Of a stretch of DNA of 32,000 nt, positions 31,408-32,000 are shown in pieces. A model generated the notes under the pieces. It saw nothing but the letters and a program-made list of their open reading frames with translations. It did not search any database and was not told where the DNA came from. Source of the DNA: Candidatus Saccharimonadota bacterium (lineage in GTDB: Bacteria; Pseudomonadota; Gammaproteobacteria; Enterobacterales; Enterobacteriaceae); contig NZ_CP010048.1 of NCBI RefSeq assembly GCF_000973505.1, positions 540,001-572,000 on the forward strand, given 5' to 3'. How positions within the stretch are numbered: position 1 is the first letter of the stretch; each line of letters opens with the position of its first letter. The translations under genes were made by a program, and so were the position numbers.

Positions 31408-32000
31408 CTAACGATCCACATCTGACATAACAAAATCAATACTACCTAAATACGCAATCAAATCAGATATTACCCCACCCTGAATTACTGAAGAAATCTG
31501 TTGTAAATGAGGAAAACTAGGAGTACGAATACGAGTACGATAACTCATTGTTCCACCATCACTAATTAAATAATAACTATTAATACCTTTCGTAGCTTCA
31601 ACCATCTGAAACGATTCTCCAGGTGATATCACCGGGCCCCAAGAAACATGAAGAAAATGAGTAATTAATGTCTCAATGTGCTCTAACATACAATCTCGCA
31701 ATGGCGGAGTAGTTAATGGATGATCAGCTTTAAAAGGACCTTCAGGCATATTCTCTAAACACTGTGTTAATATATTTAAACTTTGATAAATCTCTTCTAC
31801 TTTTAACATCACTCGAGTATAACAATCACTAATACCATTACCTAATGGTATTTCAAAATTAAAGTTTTCATAACCAGAATAAGGACGACATTTACGTACA
31901 TCAAAATTAATACCAGTAGCACGTAATCCTGCACCAGTCACCCCCCAATTTATTGCTTCTTGAGCAGAATAACAAGCAACACCACAAGAACGACGGCGTA
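31408..32000 (-). CDS. nuoC: NADH-quinone oxidoreductase subunit C/D (NuoD-homologous C-terminal part), 5' end outside the window
   Basis: The reading frame is open to the window edge. ..[96 protein letters not shown] has the C-terminus characteristic of the enterobacterial fused NuoCD. The fusion itself cannot be confirmed from this window. Confidence 0.93.
   Translation of the reverse strand, partial: RRRSCGVACYSAQEAINWGVTGAGLRATGINFDVRKCRPYSGYENFNFEIPLGNGISDCYTRVMLKVEEIYQSLNILTQCLENMPEGPFKADHPLTTPPLRDCMLEHIETLITHFLHVSWGPVISPGESFQMVEATKGINSYYLISDGGTMSYRTRIRTPSFPHLQQISSVIQGGVISDLIAYLGSIDFVMSDVDR

Noticed and set aside
1-32000. Pseudogenes, frameshifted genes or horizontally acquired islands.
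   Set aside because: Every gene is uninterrupted and close to the length of its E. coli orthologue. The exceptions are the clean MetG and GyrA C-terminal truncations. Composition and skew are uniform across the window with no atypical segment.

Overview
This 32-kb window is very AT-rich and strongly strand-skewed. It looks like part of a reduced gammaproteobacterial (Enterobacterales-derived) genome, most plausibly an obligate insect nutritional endosymbiont. Blochmannia-like is my best guess from gene content, and I cannot verify it without a search.

I can support 26 protein-coding genes, all housekeeping and all apparently intact:
- + strand: hisA (5' partial), hisF, hisI
- - strand: gnd
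- + strand: metG
- - strand: folE
- + strand: rplY
- - strand: ddlA, an OmpC-like porin, gyrA
- + strand: ubiG, nrdA, nrdB, yfaE
- - strand: nuoN-M-L-K-J-I-H-G-F-E and the 3' end of nuoCD

Gene order and orientation are colinear with the E. coli K-12 his-to-nuo chromosomal arc, with ddlA the only exception. Everything that lies between these genes in E. coli is replaced by G-poor spacers of 80-640 bp.

I find no rRNA, tRNA, CRISPR array, transposase, integrase, phage, toxin, defence or secretion genes, and no orphan ORF outside the conserved genes. I therefore do not find support for a novel biological system here. This is an ordinary core-genome region.

The observations worth a second look are modest:
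- extreme replication-strand compositional skew that visibly shapes codon and amino-acid usage
- perfect or near-perfect tandem duplications and a repeated 10-mer confined to spacers
- long in-frame poly(A)/poly(T) tracts in coding regions, including an A10 in ubiG
- HisI N-terminal homology that runs upstream of any canonical start codon, in frame with the hisF stop
- domain or tail losses in MetG and GyrA
- one unusually canonical GC-clamped intrinsic terminator downstream of the porin gene
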